Of a DNA stretch of 64,000 bases, positions 61,082-64,000 are shown piece after piece. Origin of the DNA: Vitrella brassicaformis CCMP3155 (lineage: Eukaryota > Protista > Chromerida). The notes below the pieces were generated by a model. That model ran no database searches. It saw only the letters and a program-made list of their open reading frames with translations, and was not told the DNA's origin. The position numbers were made by a program, and so were the translations under genes. Within the stretch, counting starts at the first letter, position 1. Each line of letters opens with the position of its first letter. The stretch spans positions 124,001 through 188,000 of the forward strand of contig CDMY01000098.1 in NCBI GenBank assembly GCA_001179505.1, written 5' to 3'.

Positions 61082-63421
61082 ATGAAGATGAGTCAGCTTC
61101 GCATCTCCTGCCCGCAGCTGCGGACTCGCTGTGCGCCTCTGCGGCATCTTCCCACCCATCCACTCACCCTGATTCATCGCGTGCCCGTCACTCCCGCCCT
61201 GATCCATCACATTCGCGCCTTCTCATCGTCGGGCCACTCGGAGCCCTCCCTCTCCCTCCAGCAGACGCTCGATATCGTGGCGCAGCAGCAGCGGCTCACC
61301 CCGCCCGAGTACCTCGCCAGCCTCAATCAGGTGTTCAACGCCGCTCTCAAGGAGAACAGCGGCACCTTCTGGGACGACCATCGGTTCACGGCCTTCCAGG
61401 CGATGCTCGTCAAGCGCCTGCCTGCGTTCGGGGGCGCTGACGTCTACCGAGTGCTGACGGCCTACGCCAGGCTGCAGTACTGCCCGGAGGGGACGCTGGA
61501 TGACCTGTGTGCGGCGCTGGTCGAGAATTTGGGCGAGTTGTCGGTGCTGCAGCTCAGTCATACGGCGGTGATACTGTCGGCGCTCGAGGTGACTGACCCA
61601 ACCGTGCTGGAAAGCTATTGCCAGGTGATCAACAACACTGAGAGGCCATCAATCGCTCACCGTTTGTTGACAGTCTGGTTTGCTCTCTTTGTGTGTTCGC
61701 TCGTTCGTTCATTCATTCATTCATTCAGCGTGTCCGTGAGCACCTGCCCGCCCCGACAGAGGAGGGCTCCACCTCCCCCCCCTCCCCCCTGGACCCCCGA
61801 GAGGCCACGTTTCTGGCGCTGGGCCTCTCGCATCTCGGGTGGCGCGACCTGCCCACCTTACACGGCCTCGCCACCCTTGTTGTGGAGCACTGCAGTAGGG
61901 GCAAGGGCGGAGATGGGGAGGGGGAGAGGCTGTCGGGGGCTCAGCTGTCGACGCTGCTGCTGTCTTTCGCGACGCTTGGCGTGCAGCATCCCTCGCTGTA
62001 CCAGCATCTGTGCCGGGAGATTGCCGGTAGGTGGGCGAGAGGGGGTGGGTGGATGGATGGATGGTGTGGTGTGTGGCCATGTAGATAGTTTGCCGTCCTT
62101 GGCCCCTCAGCACCTGGCGAATGTCGTCTTGGGCTTGGCCACCTATGGCGACTACCCGATTCACCTCATGACGGTACAAACAGACACACTGATAGACCGA
62201 TAGGCACACACGAGAAAGCCATCGTCAATCACTCTGTTCCTCTCCATCCCTCCCTCCCTCCCTCCCTCCCCTCTGTGCAGGCCATCGAGAGCCGTCTGAG
62301 TGCGGTGCTGTCTCTGTACAAGACCGAGGATCTGCTGACGGTGGCCTGGTCGCTGGTCGCTTTGCAGTTCTTCAGTGTGGACCTGTTGGCGCACATCGGT
62401 GCGGCCATGGCGCGCACACTCGACCGCACGGCGCTGAGCCAGGACAAGGAGCGGCAGCTGCACCAGTTCTCCCTCACCATCGAGCTTGAGGCGCCGGCAG
62501 AGATCAAAGAGGTCCGTCTGTGTGTGGGGGGCTGGCTGGCTGACAGGTGTGAATCTATCGGCATCCCTCGTTCGTTCGTTGCCGGCTGTTGTGCGCAGAA
62601 ATTGGTTGAGAAGGGCGTGTGGAACACGCTGTACCAGGTGGGTAGCGATCGAATCGACACACTCCCATAAAACAAACACGCATGCAGCGTCAAAGGTGAT
62701 GGATGCTCGCTATGCCTCGGGGTGTGTGTGTGTGTGTGTGTGTGAGCCTGAGTCCGTCCCCACAGAGCCGGCGAGCGACAGCCACCCGACCGTCAAGGCC
62801 ATCGTCCAACAGGTGCTATGCCGTGTCACACACAGATAAATAGCTGTGTGTGTGTCACGTGATGTGTCTGTCCTTCCCCTCTCTCAGCTGTCGTCGTGTC
62901 TTGACGCCCTTCATGTGCCGCACGAGCAGTTCCTCACCGTCGACGGCTTCTACACGGCCGACATAGCTGCCACGGCACCACCGCACCTCACACACACACA
63001 AGTGGGGGCACCAGTATCGGCAGCAGCGAAGGAGGAGGCCAACTGTCGAGTGTTCTTTCATGTGGACGACTCGACGTACGATGACTTCGCCGAGCCGCTG
63101 GACCCCTGGGTGACGCTCAAACACCGGCACGTCGTCGAGCTGGGATGGAAGCTGGTACTGTACCACACACAGAGAGCAGAGAGCAGAGAGACAGGGAGAG
63201 AGAGGGCCCGCAATGGGCCTTGGGCCTCTGCTGTATGTGTTGTCTGACTGCAGGTGTGGGTTCGCGTGAGCGACTGGGATGCGCTGGACAGTGACGGCGA
63301 GCGCATGACGTACGTCAAGAGGGAGCTGACGGGCGAGACCACCGCAGACGTCACAGACGACACACACGAGGAGGAGGATGGTCATGATGTGGATATCGAT
63401 GAGTCGGGCAAGAGCAGATAG
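61082..63421 (+). CDS. RAP-domain protein with helical repeats, probably mitochondrion-targeted
   Basis: Arg-rich presequence ending ..IRAFSSSG; helical repeats (LANVVLGLA, LLTVAWSLVAL); RAP-like C-terminus FYTADIA..FFHVDD..VTLKHRHVVELGWKL|VWVRVSDWDAL. Confidence 0.88.
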
Positions 63422-63740
63422 ACCTGGCGTGCGGTGATGTGCGGTGATGTGTGTGATGGCTGAGTGTCCGGTCACTTGTTTTTCGTTCGTCGGTGGAGGG
63501 ATGGACGGGATGGACGGATGGGCCCACTAATTTACACACACTTAGATGACATGAATGGTCGATTTGTCGAAATCTGTCCATTCGTCTGTCACGTCTCTCC
63601 CGGCAAACACACACACACACACACACACTGCACACACACACATTGCACACACAGGCCTTGCCCCCCCTCCTCTCCCTCTCTGCGCGTGGACCCTGCGGGT
63701 GTGAGTGTGTCTGTCGGTCTGCCACGCACTCCTGCACACG

Positions 63741-63771
63741 CGCATTCACCAATTTCGCATTCACCAATTTC
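63741..63771. repeat. 15-bp tandem duplication
   Basis: cgcattcaccaattt x2. Confidence 0.9.
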
Positions 63772-64000
63772 TCACTCCTGACGTACCTGTGTGTTTGTGA
63801 GTCACCAGTGTGATTGTTTGAATCTATCGTGGCGGCGAGCGAACAGCCGTGCCGTGAAGGCACGAAGAGAGCGAGAGGGTGTACGTGAGTCTGTCTGCGT
63901 CAGCGAGGACGACAGCCGTCGGCGAGGCATAAGACAGACAGACAGGTTAATCCGTGATAACTGGATGGATAGATGGCCAGTGCATAACTGGATGAATTCG

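Noticed and set aside
1-64000. CRISPR arrays, tRNA/rRNA genes, intact transposons, operons
   Set aside because: No regularly spaced repeat-spacer arrays, cloverleafs, rRNA signatures or RT/integrase/transposase motifs were seen; the DNA is spliced eukaryotic sequence.

Overview
Intron-rich, GC-rich eukaryotic DNA with microsatellite-filled introns. It is most consistent with the chromerid alga Vitrella brassicaformis or a close relative (inference from intron style plus RAP, tRip/p43-like and Cys-rich TM gene content). I assembled about 20 spliced genes by hand: an ABCG half-transporter with two frameshifts, a multi-EF-hand protein, a secreted bacterial-type aryl sulfotransferase, a long coiled-coil protein, an Arc1p/AIMP1-like tRNA-binding protein, a lipase-like hydrolase, AMPK beta, ISD11, an ELO elongase, an eIF4B-like RRM protein, a secreted expansin-trefoil fusion, a secreted 10-Cys-module protein, an omega-like GST, a Cys-rich multi-TM protein, a RING-CH ligase, a RAP-domain protein and several hypotheticals. 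I saw no rRNA, tRNA, CRISPR array or intact transposon. Three 300-N gaps all lie in introns. The most notable signals are: introns with polarised complementary repeats (AC/AG 5', GT/CT 3') that could fold to pair splice sites; a 2-nt micro-exon; many GC donors and a few non-canonical junctions; near-universal head-to-head gene pairing (start codons as little as 62 bp apart); several frame breaks at short homopolymers; and likely bacterial-origin ASST and expansin genes. Most entries in the ORF track are microsatellite or antisense artefacts. All gene models are manual and unverified by transcripts.
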